A stretch of 63,129 nucleotides of DNA, filler included, from Cercozoa sp. M6MM (taxonomy: Eukaryota > Protista > Endomyxa: Ascetosporea), in NCBI GenBank assembly GCA_040357565.1. It is 10 parts of 10 records of this genome, joined end to end, with 100 filler letters (N's around TTAATTAATTAA, not from the genome) between each part and the next. Parts side by side here need not be neighbours in the genome. Positions count along the whole stretch, not along the records: positions 10,744 to 16,346 come from JBDODJ010000876.1; positions 16,447 to 22,879 come from JBDODJ010000735.1; positions 22,980 to 26,944 come from JBDODJ010001260.1; 7 more parts are not named here. One strand, 5' to 3'. How positions within the stretch are numbered: the first letter of the stretch is position 1; every line of letters starts with the position of its first letter. The notes under the pieces were generated by a model. The model did not search any database, was not told where the DNA came from, and saw only the letters and a list, made by a program, of their open reading frames with translations. This document shows positions 12,246 to 24,560 of this stretch, in pieces. The position numbers and the translations under genes were made by a program.

Positions 12246-14350
12246 ATGCAGCTACCTGGTGAGTGGTCGAACCAAGCTGACCCGCGGCGATGGCATGGTT
12301 TTGACCTGCTTCGCCTCCCAGATGTAGATTCTTCTGTGCTCAGTATGAGAGCAAAAGTTGCCGGACTTGTATCTGTACGCTTTGCAGGACCTGTTGGACA
12401 GCACACTACGTTTCGTTGAACTTGCAGATGTCGCAGCAGTCTGCCAGACCTGCACACGGTGGGTTCCTCCGAAATAGTTCCACTTTGGTGGATAGTTGTT
12501 TTTGGCGCAGCTACCGTCGTTTGCTGCCTCAAAGAGTGCGAAGTGTCCCACACGCGATCGTTCGCAGGGATCAGTACGATGAAACAGGTGCCAATCACTT
12601 ACTTGTACTGATGATCCCTGCGAACCCTTTGTACCCTTGTAGGCCAGACTAAGTTCGTGATGAAGCTGGTCGCGACATTTCCCAACTTGATTTTTGTCAA
12701 GGTACACAACACACGCAGACAAACTTTTCGTTTCAAACGAGTTGGTTGCAGGCACTGCGCTTTCGTGCGCTGCTGCACGCCGATGCTGTGCGACTGCTGT
12801 GCAATCACTTGCCTCGTCTGCGCACGCTTGACCTGTCGTATCTTTTCCTTTGATGTCTTAACGACCCGCAGGACGGTCGATTGTGGTAGAGGCTGCCAGG
12901 TGACTCCGACCATGGTGGCAACACTGACCGACTCGCGCATTCTACCGGAGTTGACGTACCACCACACTATTGCTGCGTGAGACTGTATCAACACTAACAG
13001 CCACTGTGTAGAACACTGACGTTGCGACACTGCGAAATTGCTGCGCCTGGGCTTGCTCGTACTTTGTGCTGCTATACGACGGCATTTTACTCTCCTTCAT
13101 CGCATATTGCAACGAAGCACAACAGGAATGCTGCGCAAGTGTCGCTCGTTGAGACAGCTTGATTTGCGCGGAGCAGTGCGTGTGCGGCGTACCTTCAGCT
13201 TATTAAACCACTATTTTTCAACTATATTTTCCTGTTTTTCTTCTCGATAGGGTCAAAAGGAAAGAAAGGATGGAAAGTACTCACAGAAGAAGACAGCTTG
13301 CCTCGTGTATCTTTGTTGTAGAACGTTACCTGTCAGAAATCCATCGTCGATACGTGTTTTTGTGGGCAGGAAGTCTGTGCAGCACTGCCGAAACGCCTGC
13401 AGTACGAAGGGCCGCGCGTGCCGCACCAAACGAAAATCGATGTTAGTGCCATTGAAGGCGAAGAACACACGGCATGGTACGAACATGCGCCCGCACGACT
13501 GGTACACTCTTATATCTCTTGTTAGTGTACTTGATGAGAGCCAGAGCGTTCTTTTTTATTGACAGGACAAACTTTATATGCTGCGCAAATCACGGGATTC
13601 TGTTTCTTCTGTTCGCATTCTGTCGACGTATGTTTTAGTGGTTCAATTTCGACCAGTGCTTTGCATGTGATTTAAGCCGCACCCTCATAGGTACACAAGT
13701 GATGAAATGCACCCTAACGAAGACGACGAATCGACGCTTTGCTGCACTGTATCTTTTCTGTATTTTTGAAGCTTCGAAAATAATTAACGAAATGGCGATT
13801 TTCTCCATGCAGGTCGAAATCCAAACGGGAGCTGGTTTTTTCTTTTTGGTGTTTTTGTTAATATTGTATCTTGCTCTTATTTTCTTCTGCAGGTCGTTTC
13901 GTCGTTGATTTCGACACTCTTTGGCAGTGTTGTAAACTTGCTTTTTTCTTTTTTGTTCAATTGTACCTGTCTATCCTTTTGGGATGTGCTTTGCGTAGCC
14001 AAGCTAGCTGAGAAGATGTGGCATTGCCGCTTGGGCGCTGCGTTGTCGCATCGCCCGATTTCTTTCGTTCTCGATCGACTGAACACATCGTATTCGATTG
14101 CTCTGAGAATAGAATCTGACATGAGCCTCTGTTTTGGTGTGATAGAACGGGACTAGGCGATCAGTACACGTCAGTGCAACGTGTGTACCTTGATGGAGTC
14201 GACGACTATCATGTACAGACGTTGTTCTCTCGCGGAGAGCAACACGAACTGAGTGCTGTGGCCTTGCAGGACTATCCGATACACCCCGGCAACACCGCGC
14301 AGCTTAACGATGTAGCCGCTGCTGACGCCGCTGACGTGTCGCTGTACTGA
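12246..14350 (+). CDS. F-box / leucine-rich-repeat protein (many short exons)
   Basis: Spliced F-box FDLLRLPDDLLDSTLRFVELADVAAVCQTCTRYRRL; LRR-like LPRLRTLDL, LTLRHCEI, CRSLRQLDLRG; ends DVSLY-TGA at 14350. Confidence 0.75.
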
Positions 14351-14701
14351 CCGGGAGATCGAAAGGACGGGGAGCAGAGCTGCACCGCGCTTACAGTAGT
14401 TAAACTTACTGGCTAAATTTACGTTGACCTTTCAGTTGAGTTAGTTTCGCTCACGTCAAGTCTACTCTAAGAATCCAGTGTCCGGTTGTCGTGAGTGTAG
14501 GTACGCGCAGCTATAGTTCTCAGCCCGGCGGCGCTCCGCTCTACTAAAACTAAACTCGACTGTGCATATCCCATCCCGGTGCCGCGCGGAAGCGGTCACG
14601 TCACCACCAAGGGGACAAGCCCTGAGCCTGCTTAGATAAACCTACGACCTGAGACATTCTCGCGAATTCGTGACTGCAGGTAAAAGGAGCACGGGTGCTA
14701 A

Positions 14702-15900
14702 ATGATCATGCCTTTTTACGTGGGTAAGGTGGTTCGTCAGTTCCAGTTAAATAGGAAAACTGGTTTAATCTGGTTTAAAACTTCGAATGCTTTCGTTGCA
14801 GGTTCACCTGGGGATTTATTGACAACGCTTGGGTTGCCTCCTTCAAAAGAAGTGCTGTTGCACCGAAATTACGTACTTCAGCGGGTATTTCCTGCCCCTA
14901 ACTCGAGTATGCAGTTTTCAGATTTTATTACCAGGACGTTTTCATACAGGCACACAAAGATCGCGTTGCCTCCGAAAAAGCGCTTCTTCGACGCAAACAT
15001 CGAAAAGCAGCGAATCGCTACATCTTTGACCTACAACGTGAATATCAGGAAAAGCAGCGAAGCGAAGATAATCTAAAAACGCTCAAGAAACAAAGTGCGG
15101 CATTTGCAGTATATTGTGCGAAGCAGCGAGCTCATATTATGGCACAGCGCACGCAGCTTCTCGAACAAGCTGAAGGTGCCTCAAACACAGACGTCGCAAA
15201 GGATCAAGCGAAAAGACCGCAGAAACTGTTCACTCGCGAACAGCAGAAGCTTGCACACGAGAAGGAAGTCCGAGAACTGACCCAATTTTTTTGCTGAAAC
15301 AAAGTGGGAAGACCTGCTTCAAAGCATGGAGGTGCTTGAAGGTAAATTTACTGTAGCACTCTGTCAAGACTCATTTATGTTTCACCAAACGTTGGTACCA
15401 GTACATTTAATACAGCGGCAGAGCTTCTAAAAGGCGCCTGTGATGCGTACAAACGTGCCGAGAGCTTCCATCGGGGAGTTGCCGCCAACAGGCAAAACGT
15501 AGCTGACAACCCATTTGACTTTGTTCCTGCTCCTGCCAGTGGTTTTCAACTTGAGGTCGCATCTCCAAACGATGCCAATCCAGAAGTCGAAGAGGTGCTT
15601 CAAGAAACATCAAGCCTGAGCGAAGACACGGGAGATGACGAAGAGAGCACAACGACAATCGACAAAGTTGAAGCAGCGGTCGCTAGCAACATGCTCAAAT
15701 CAGACTCAACAATCCAACAAATGCACTCGACGCAGTCAATGAAAAGTGTGCTGCACAACATACTGAATGCGCACATCGCAAAGTTGGCCCACCAACGCGC
15801 AGTCACGCTGATCAAGGCCCAGAACCGCCAAGAAGCGAATCCTCATAAAGACTCGCCGAGCCGCCTGCCCTATTTGCGTCGACATCCCGCAGCTGCGTGA
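14702..15900 (+). CDS. Hypothetical helical/coiled-coil protein
   Basis: Exons join in frame through GT-AG introns, including a 37-nt intron at 15268-15304, into ORF 15595-15900. Confidence 0.55.
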
Positions 15901-16571
15901 ACGCGCGCGACTCTGTGCAGCTGTACCGAAACCTACTGCTACAATGATGCGAACCGCAAGCGACTGGACACGGTCAAGTCGAGTCAGTTTCCGTTCAGTT
16001 TCAGTTCACAGGCGCGATGACACGACACATGACGCTCAACGCAATGTATTGTTTATGTAATACATTAGATGGTAAATCATAATGTGACACCAGCTCCTCA
16101 ACAAATCATTAAATCAAGGTGAGGGTACAGGGGGGTAGGGGTTAAGGGTAGGGTAAAGGGAGTAGGTGGAAAGGGGGGAGGGGGAGGGGGAGGTAGGAGG
16201 ATATCACACGTCACACAACCTTGAGGCTACAGACCTACATCACAACGGCTCGGTAACTGGGGCCGCGTGCTTCGACCCAAATACACAGAGCGGTAAACGG
16301 GGGGGTAAGAGGGTAAAGGGGGGTAAGAGGGTAAAGGGGGGTAAGANNNNNNNNNNNNNNNNNNNNNNNNNNNNNNNNNNNNNNNNNNNNTTAATTAATT
16401 AANNNNNNNNNNNNNNNNNNNNNNNNNNNNNNNNNNNNNNNNNNNNAAAATTGCCATACTCAGGGATCGTGTAGAACACGTGTTTCGCATTGCGTCGACG
16501 TGCAATCTGGGGAGTAACAGGGGGGTAAACAGGGGGGTAAAGAGGGAGAGGGTGGGGGGGGGGTAAAAACC

Positions 16572-19500
16572 ACAATGGGCGTCACGAACTCGGTGAGAAA
16601 GCCGCGTCGCTGCAAAAGCTTCGGCCAGAAGTGGTGAATGAAATTGATCAGCAGTCCCTTGATGTGCGAACCATCGGCATCTTGATCCGTCATGAGCATC
16701 ACACGTCCGTACCGCAGTTGTCGGAACTCCTTGTCGCTCTCGTACTTCACACCCGCCCGCAGTCCTGCAAAGCGCAAAGCAACACTCGAAATCAAGCTCA
16801 GCGCCACTCGAAAACAAAGCTAACGCAGCGAAAACAAAGCGAAAACAAAGCGAAACAGGCGAAAACAAAGCGAAACATCGAAGCAAAGCAAAGCAAAACT
16901 CAAGTCGAAGCGAAGAAAAACTCGAAGCAAAGCAAAACTCGAAGCAAAGCAAACTCGAAACAAAGCAAAGCGCAACTCGCGAAACTCGAGTCAGTGTACC
17001 AATGATCTGCTTGAGAGCTTTCACTTCGTGATTGTCGTTCACTTTCGCAAGCGGTTGCGCGCGCACGTTGATCGGTACACCGCGCAGCGGAAACACGCCG
17101 AACTTGTCGCGACCCACCACGGTGAGACCGGCCATCGCGAGCGACTTGGCCGAGTCACCTTCTGTCAGAATCAGCGTGCATTCCGAGCCGTGCTTCGTGC
17201 CTGCAAAGCAACCCAACTCAACTCAACTCAAATCAACTCTCAACTCAACTCAAAGCAAAGCAACTCAACTCAACTCAACTCAAAGCAAAGCAACTCAACT
17301 CAACTCAACTCAACTCAAAGCAAAGCTACTCAACTCAACTCAACTCAACTCAACTCAAGCAAAGCAGAGGAAACACACCTGCGTGGTTGGCGTCTTCAAG
17401 CTTCAAGAACAAATCGCCCGTCAAGCGACGCTTCCTGCTGCCGTCGGTTTTCTTCACAAAACAAAAACAAGACTATTCAAAGCAAAAGCGAAACGATGCT
17501 TTTTTGAAAAGAAACGAACCTTTGAAGCACGCTCGATGCGCATCATCGCTTCTTCGGCAATCTTGTCCAGAATGCCGGTTTTTTCGACCTAACCAAAAAA
17601 AAAATCAAAAAATGTTTTGCGAAATGAAAACAACAAGAATGAAAAGCGTGCGAGAAACGCTACCTGCGACAAGAAGGCGTCGCTCATGTCGGGACGACTG
17701 CCGAATTTCGACTTGAGTGTCTGCACAAAAACAGCAAAATTAGAAGTGACACAGAGCTATTTCGCGCAAGCTTATTCGCAACTCAACTCAAAGCAAAGCT
17801 ATCGTACCTTGAGCTGCTCCTTGCTTTGCGACGTGAAACTCGGATTCACAATCAGCGAATTCACGAACACGAAGAGCTACACCACTAAGTATGAAGAAAC
17901 AACAGAAAGCGAAAGAGCTAAGGAAAGCGAACCTTGCGGTGAATCGTCGACGGACGAACCTTGTTGCCAAGCAGCTTCTTGTACTTCGCTTTGGTTTCAA
18001 GCTTTTCCTTGAGGTGCTTCGTCACCTTGTCGCGCACCAGTTGCACGTGCGTACCGCCTATTGTATCAGTTTCGTTTAATTTCAATTCAAAGCAAAGCAA
18101 AGCAACTCAACTCAAAGCAAAGCAAAGCAACTCAACTCAAAGCAAAGCAACTCAACTCAAAGCAAAGCAACTCGACTCACAGCAGCTTACCTCGAAGTGT
18201 CCACACCGAGTTGACGAACGAGACCTGGTCAAAGTCGCCTCCCGTCGAGATGCCGACACCGATCTGCCAGCGACCGCTTTTGGACTCTTCCCAGGCCAGG
18301 CGCACGCGACCGTTCGAAGTGGTCGCACCACCCGCTTCGGCGCCTGCGAAACAATCCCAGTGCAATTTCAGCCAAAGCTGTCAGCCCAAAGCTTTAGCTT
18401 CGAAGCAAAGCTATAACTTCGAAGCAAAGCTGTAACTTCGAAGCAAAGCTTTAACTTCGAAGCAAAGTTTTAACTTTGAAGCAAAGCTTTAATACCGAAG
18501 CAAAGTTTTGCGTACCTTCTTGAGACTTGAGAAACAGCTGCACGTAGCTCTTGAAATCGCGAATCTTGAGGAACTCGCCGTTCAGCTTGACGCGCACGCT
18601 GTGCATGGCGACAACACAGTTTGAAAAAGCTTTGAGTGACGAAAGCAAGTACCTCTTGTCGGTACTCGCAGCAACGTCGTAGACACGCTTGTGCAGAAAC
18701 GCGATGGCGTCGTCGTCGAGTCCGTTCGGCATCGAGAAGCGCGCAAAGTCCGGCTTAAACGTCACCTTGGTGAAGTCCTTCTTGCGCTTGTCCTTGACCG
18801 ACTTGATGATCGGCTTGCCCACGTCGTACATGTTGTTGCGCCACGTCTGCACTCCCCAAAGCAAGTCAACTCAAAGCGAAACCAAAGCAAAGCAAAGCAA
18901 CTCGAAACGAAGCAAAGCAAAGCAACTCGAAACGAAGCGAAGCAAAGCAACTCGAAACGAAGCAAAGCAAACTCGAAACGAAGCGAAGCAAAGCGAAACG
19001 AAGCGAAAGCAAAAGCTAAAGCGAAAGTAAAAGCGAAGACACCTGCTTGAAGGACTGATGCGTTCGCGAGTCGAAGGTTTCCACGGTGAACTCGCTGGAG
19101 AAGATGTTGGCCAGCTTGGCGCCGTAGCCGTTCTTGCCACCCGTGACACGCTGCTCCGAGTCGTCATAGTGCGACGAGGTCAGCAGGTGCCCAAAGATCA
19201 GAGTCGGCACGTAGATGCCGTGCTCAGGGTGCAGCTCCACCGGAATGCCGGCGCCAGTGTTGAGCACCGAGATCGTGCCGCTCTCCTTGTCTATCGTGAC
19301 TTCGATACGGTCCATGTCGGCCGAGTTCTGCTTGTTGTCGGCCGCGTTCACCAGGATCTCGTCAAAGATCTTGTACAGACCTGGCGACACTGCGATGCTG
19401 CGTCGCTCCATGCCGAGTTCAGAACCTGCAAACCACTCAAAGCTTTTCACAATCTTTCGAATACACACCAAGCTACCTGGTGTCGGCAGCCACACCTCCA

Positions 19501-19778
19501 TGCGCTCGGTCTGAATCGAGCCAATGTACATGTCGGCACGCAGCAGAATCTGCTCGTGCAGATTCTTCTTCTGGTACATCTTGCTGATGTTGCGACCCGT
19601 GCCGCCTCTGTGCATTTCAAGCAAACCTTTCACTCAAAGCTTCATGACTTAAAGCTTTCACTCAAGCTTTCACTCAAAGCTCTTGAAATCTTTCACAAAG
19701 CTATCATCACTCAGCAAGGACAACATACGAGGCAGACGTCGAGCCCACCGAGGGCATGACCTCTTCGTCGTCGCTCAT
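16572..19778 (-). CDS. TOP2: DNA topoisomerase II, 3' partial
   Basis: YQKK...LLRADMYIGS, GLYKIFDEILVNAADN, GGKNGYGAKLANIFS, LILTEGDSAK, GVFPLRG, MLMTDQDADGSHIKGLLINF. Confidence 0.97.
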
Positions 19779-20192
19779 ACTCTCGTTCCTTCGGCCTCTG
19801 CACGTGCTCTCCCTTCTCCCTTATCGTCGTCGACTCAGCAGCAGCCTTGCACTCGAAAAAAGCGCCAGTCAGGTGTGCTTTCTTCGAACGAGCCGGCAAT
19901 GTCCTACTGAACTGACGCACCCAGACACAATCAAGAGCACCTACAGCAGCTAAGCGCCCCTCAAACTGAGCGAGAAAAGACGCGCCCAAAAACAATGATA
20001 ATCTGTCCATTTGGACCGAGTCCAGAGTCTCGTATCTCCGTTTTCTTAGATCGCGGTGTGCTGCAGGGTGAGCTAGGGAGTGTGGGAACACCACCTGGCT
20101 GTGCGGCACACGTTTAGGTTCTGGTTGACACAAGGGGAATTTGATTGCGAGGCGACCGTGTGGGTTTCAAGCCACTCCGCTGAACACGTGCG

Positions 20193-22541
20193 ATGCCGCA
20201 GCGCAAGGATCCGGCTACTCCAAAGAAGAAACGGCGCCTGGCCTTGGCTCGTGGTGCCATGATGTCGCCAACGGCGGCGTCTGAGCTTTCTTCCGGCAAG
20301 AAGCGTCCGCGCCCAGTACACGATTTCTCTTGTTCTTGGGTGTTGGTGCAGTTGATGTGTGCGATTATTCTTTGCACGCTGTATTTGTTTGTTTCAGAAA
20401 AAGAAGTCAAAAAAGAAGAAGGTGAAAAAAGAAGCACGTCCTGTTTTTGCTTTGCCGGAGGAAGCGCCTGAGTACGAGCTCGAGACTTTCGGTAGAATTT
20501 CATCTTTCTTTTTCAAAATGAATAAATTGGGGGTTTTACTTTTACAGACCTCAGTGACGGCAACGACGACGCCGATAACTTTGGCGTCATTGACAATGGC
20601 AGCAGTGACGAGGACTACTGCCCGCTGCGCGATGATGGCATCGATCTGTACTTCTTTTCTAGATTACGTGATTAGTTTAAATTACGTGAAAAGTTTGACT
20701 TTTAGTCTTAAATCAAATCTGCTTTTCTTGGTCTGAGCAGGCGCCACATGTCAAAACGCAAAGTGCGCAAGCAGCATGCTCCGCGAACGCCGGTGAAGAA
20801 GAAGAAACGCATCATTCACGTGACTCAGCGCCCGTCCTCGGTCAGCAAGCGCAGGCTCCTTCCTCCAAAATTCGCCTCCGACGACGACGAAAGAAAAGAC
20901 TCAGATCGCATGCTCGATGATGACGAGGACAGGGTCAATGACACCAAGGAACCGGCCACGCCGCAATCCAAAAAGCGCCCAACCGAGTCATCGTCGAAAG
21001 AAACGAAAAAAGCCTCGAAAAACAAGTCAAAGTCCGCTGCCCCCGACTCTCAAACCTCAGTAACAGAGACGCCGAAAGCCAAGAAGGCCAAAACGTCGAA
21101 AAAGTCGTCGAAAAAGACCGCAACTCACGACAGTGAGTCAGAATCGAGGAAACACTCGTCCAAAACGCCAAAAACGAAAAAATCTGCCAAAACTGATGAT
21201 CCGGGTGCCGAGCTCGTTCCTTCTATGTTCGGCACTCAGGCCGATGACGTGGTTGCAGATCCAGACGTTGCGGTACCTTTAACTATCAATCTGTGCACTT
21301 TTTGTCCCAGTTCAGTTTTTTCTGCTTTTGTTTTTGTTTCGTGTTTAGTTCATTTTGGTTTTCTGTTTGTGCAGAAGGCGATACAGCAGGAAGAACAGCA
21401 GGAGGAGGCGCGTGAGCCGGCGCGAAAGCGCGCGCGCGTTCGTAGCGTGTTCCGCAGCGACGGAACCTTGCGCTCGCGTCTGCGTCCGGTGGTGCAGAAC
21501 GTGGTGGCCAAAACGTCGTTGGACTGCGATATCGACCTGACCAAGGTGGCGTGGAGTCTGCGCAATGCCGAATACAACCCACGCAAGTTCAGCGCCGCTG
21601 TCATGCGCATTCGAAACCCGAAAGCGACCGGCTCGATTTTTGCCAGCGGCAAGCTCGTCGTTACTGGTAGCTTTTTCGTTTTGTATCCTCTAAAGTGTAT
21701 CTGTATGTTCGTGTGCCATAGGCGCCAAGAGCGTGGACGAGGCGCGACAGGCGACGCGCAAGTTCGTAAAACTGCTGCACAAGGTGGGCTTCACGTCGGC
21801 CACACTGAACCGCATGGAGGTGCAGAACATTGTGGGCAACTTTGACCTGCGCGTGCCGATCCGCCTGGAGGCGCTGGCGGAGAAGCACTACGAGAGCTGC
21901 ACCTACGAGCCCGAGCTTTTCAGCGGCGTGACCTATCGACTCGCGAACCCAAAGGTCTCGGTCATTGTGTTTGTCTCGGGCAAGATCGTCTTCACGGGCG
22001 CGCGCACCGTGCGCGACATCGATCGCGCTTTCCAGAAGATCGTGCCGATCTTGCACGACTTCCGCAAGGGCAGCAAGAGTGCCACGCAGTCGGCCTGCGG
22101 ACAGCGCGTGCCCGAAGCTGACGAAGCCCACATGTCTCATATCGCCTCTCAACTGGTTTCTTTTTCGCTGTCGTGTCCTTGCGGGAGTGCCCTTTGCATT
22201 CTTTGTGTACAGGCACTGGCCGAGCAAGAAGCGAAAAAGGCCGAGGCCGAGCGACTTCGTGCGAAACAAGAGGCGCAAGCCGAGGCTGCGCGTGCTCATG
22301 TATTTTGTTTGCTCTCCTTTCAGTCGTCGTGTCCGAGGTAGTGTAGGCACCGTCTGTCCAGGCCGCTCTGCCACTGGCCCTTGAGCCGTCTGCTCCGATC
22401 CCTTTGTCGATCAAAATGCCGACTCGAACGTCGCTGTTTGCCCAGTCGCGTCAGAAGGTGCCGCTCAGTGCTCCGGTAGCCTCTGCCGCCAGTCGCAAGA
22501 AGAAGTTTAAACTCCGGCTCAACAAAAAGGGCAAAAAATAA
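20193..22541 (+). CDS. TBP: TATA-binding protein with long N- and C-terminal extensions
   Basis: Core QNVV...[38 protein letters not shown] and QNIVG...YEPELFSG...IVFVSGKIVFTGA. Upstream charged exons splice in frame from ATG 20193. The 3' end depends on the choice of last acceptor. Confidence 0.92.
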
Positions 22542-23169
22542 CTGCCCGTTTCGTTTGGTTCCGTTCTTAATTTCGTTACTGTTGGCGCTAAAGCACTGAA
22601 GGTGGGAGGCTGTCGAAATGACACAGTCAATAAAACGAAAGGGCTCCCGAAACGAAAACGCGTCGTCAGAACTGAGTAGTGAGGGTTTCGCTGGCTGAAG
22701 AAGAACGGAAGGGCGTTTGGTTCTGTAGAGATCGGACCTGGTCGAGAAAGAAGCCTTCTTAACATCGTCGGCGACAGTGGCACTCTCTGCCATTCGTCTG
22801 TTCAATCTTCGTGACGAGGCACCTTCACCAATACGAAAGAATGTTGTTCCTCTGTCGTCCAGCACACCTCGCTTTTTTTNNNNNNNNNNNNNNNNNNNNN
22901 NNNNNNNNNNNNNNNNNNNNNNNTTAATTAATTAANNNNNNNNNNNNNNNNNNNNNNNNNNNNNNNNNNNNNNNNNNNNCCCCCCCCCCCACCCTGGTAG
23001 TATCAGCAAGTGGGCGCCCTCATGTATCGGTTCCTACGCCCAGGCCGCCTTGATGACAGGGTAGTCTTTATCTAAGGTGCTCAGTACCTGCAGTACCTGC
23101 TATAAACAACCTTGTTCGTGACTTAGGTACGTCCCACTGGCCGGTCAGATCGGTCTGCTGCCTGGCACG

Positions 23170-24184
23170 ATGCAACTCGCCTGCGACACCCGATCGCAAC
23201 TCATGCAGGTATACTCTCTGTCTTTTCATCTACCTCTCTGTCTCACAAGTCTGGATGACCTCTCTGTTGCCCTGAGCAGTGTGTGGACAACTGCACGGCG
23301 GTTGCTGACTGGTATACGGCCCGTTTTCGCACTGGCAATACAGCTTTTGAATCCCATTCTTGGTAGCCTTAAGGCCGACATGAAACAGCCGCTGTGTACA
23401 ACGCTGTTTGTGCACGCTGAATGTCAGCACTCTGATAATGAGATCAGCGACATGCTCGCTCGCAGGATTGGTAAAACTCGCTTTATTTGCTCTTTACTTT
23501 TTTGGTATTTGTCCGAACTGTAGCCACGCCGTTCTTGCTGGCACGTGTGAAAGCGCTGCCACGCCACGCCGATGTCGAGCTGGTGCCGCACTTGCTTCTC
23601 AACGCGCTATGGAAGACGTTTGCCGAGCTGTCGCTTGACTTCAACGAGAGGGCCGACAGTTTAGAGCAGCTGCGCGGCGTGCCAGAGCATGCTTTCTCTT
23701 TCGTGCGTTTTTGCTTTTGTGGTTTTGTGCTTTTTTTTTGTATTTGTTCGTCTGTGTTTAGGTTAAGCAAGTGAGTCAAGAGGACGACTTGGACGCTGTG
23801 GAACAAGCCGCGTTGGAACGCTTTCGCATGTCGCCAGACACTGTCGTCGTGCGAACTTTGTAGTCATTGTTTTATTTTTTAGATTTTGGGTTGTGGACAG
23901 TTTTTATGGAACTGCTGTCCTGTGGCTTAGGTACACAACAGTGCCACGTGAGGTATCTCCCCGGTGGAACAGTGTATCCTGCCGCGCTCTCGCGCTGTCG
24001 CACGCCTCTGAGTTCACACCAGTGCAGAGCGTCGTTCACTTGGTACAGCTTTGCTTTATTTTGCTGGTTTCTTCTCGTATTTTCCTCGTGCCGCCAGGTT
24101 GCCGTCGACCACGCGCAGGTGCACACGTCGGCGTGGCTCGCACAGCAACACTCTGTGCTGTCACTGAAGGCACCATCGCACTAG
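23170..24184 (+). CDS. Hypothetical protein (multi-exon)
   Basis: Exon-like segments with GT-AG boundaries; no recognisable domain. Confidence 0.45.
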
Positions 24185-24560
24185 TAGCTGACCGGCTGGC
24201 TTATTGCACTTCTCGTCTCTCAACTGACGTAAACGAAACCGAGTTTCATTGGCTGCATAGGCATGAAAAAGACTCAGCCAGGTGGTATCCAAGCCACAGC
24301 ATTCGAGTGACCAAGGAGCATGCGTTTAAAGCACATGCGAAGGCCCAGCGAACAGAGTATGGGTGCGACGTGATCAACCGTCAGTGACCGTTGCGTGATC
24401 GCAGTTGACCAGCCAAACTGCTGCTTCGTGTGCCGCGAGCGTAGCTACACAAAGCGCTTGAACGCATGTAGACTACCTGGCAGAGCGCAGGACATTGCTG
24501 TTAGCTTAAAGTACGTGCTTTTTGTGCAAGCGAGGAGCAAAAACACTGGGGCGCCCAACC

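Noticed and set aside
12203-13030. Minus-strand ORFs as genes
   Set aside because: They are antisense shadows of the spliced + strand F-box/LRR gene.
15286-15297. Apparent +1 frameshift at a T7 run
   Set aside because: A 37-nt GT-AG intron (15268-15304, with ACTGAC) removes it in frame.
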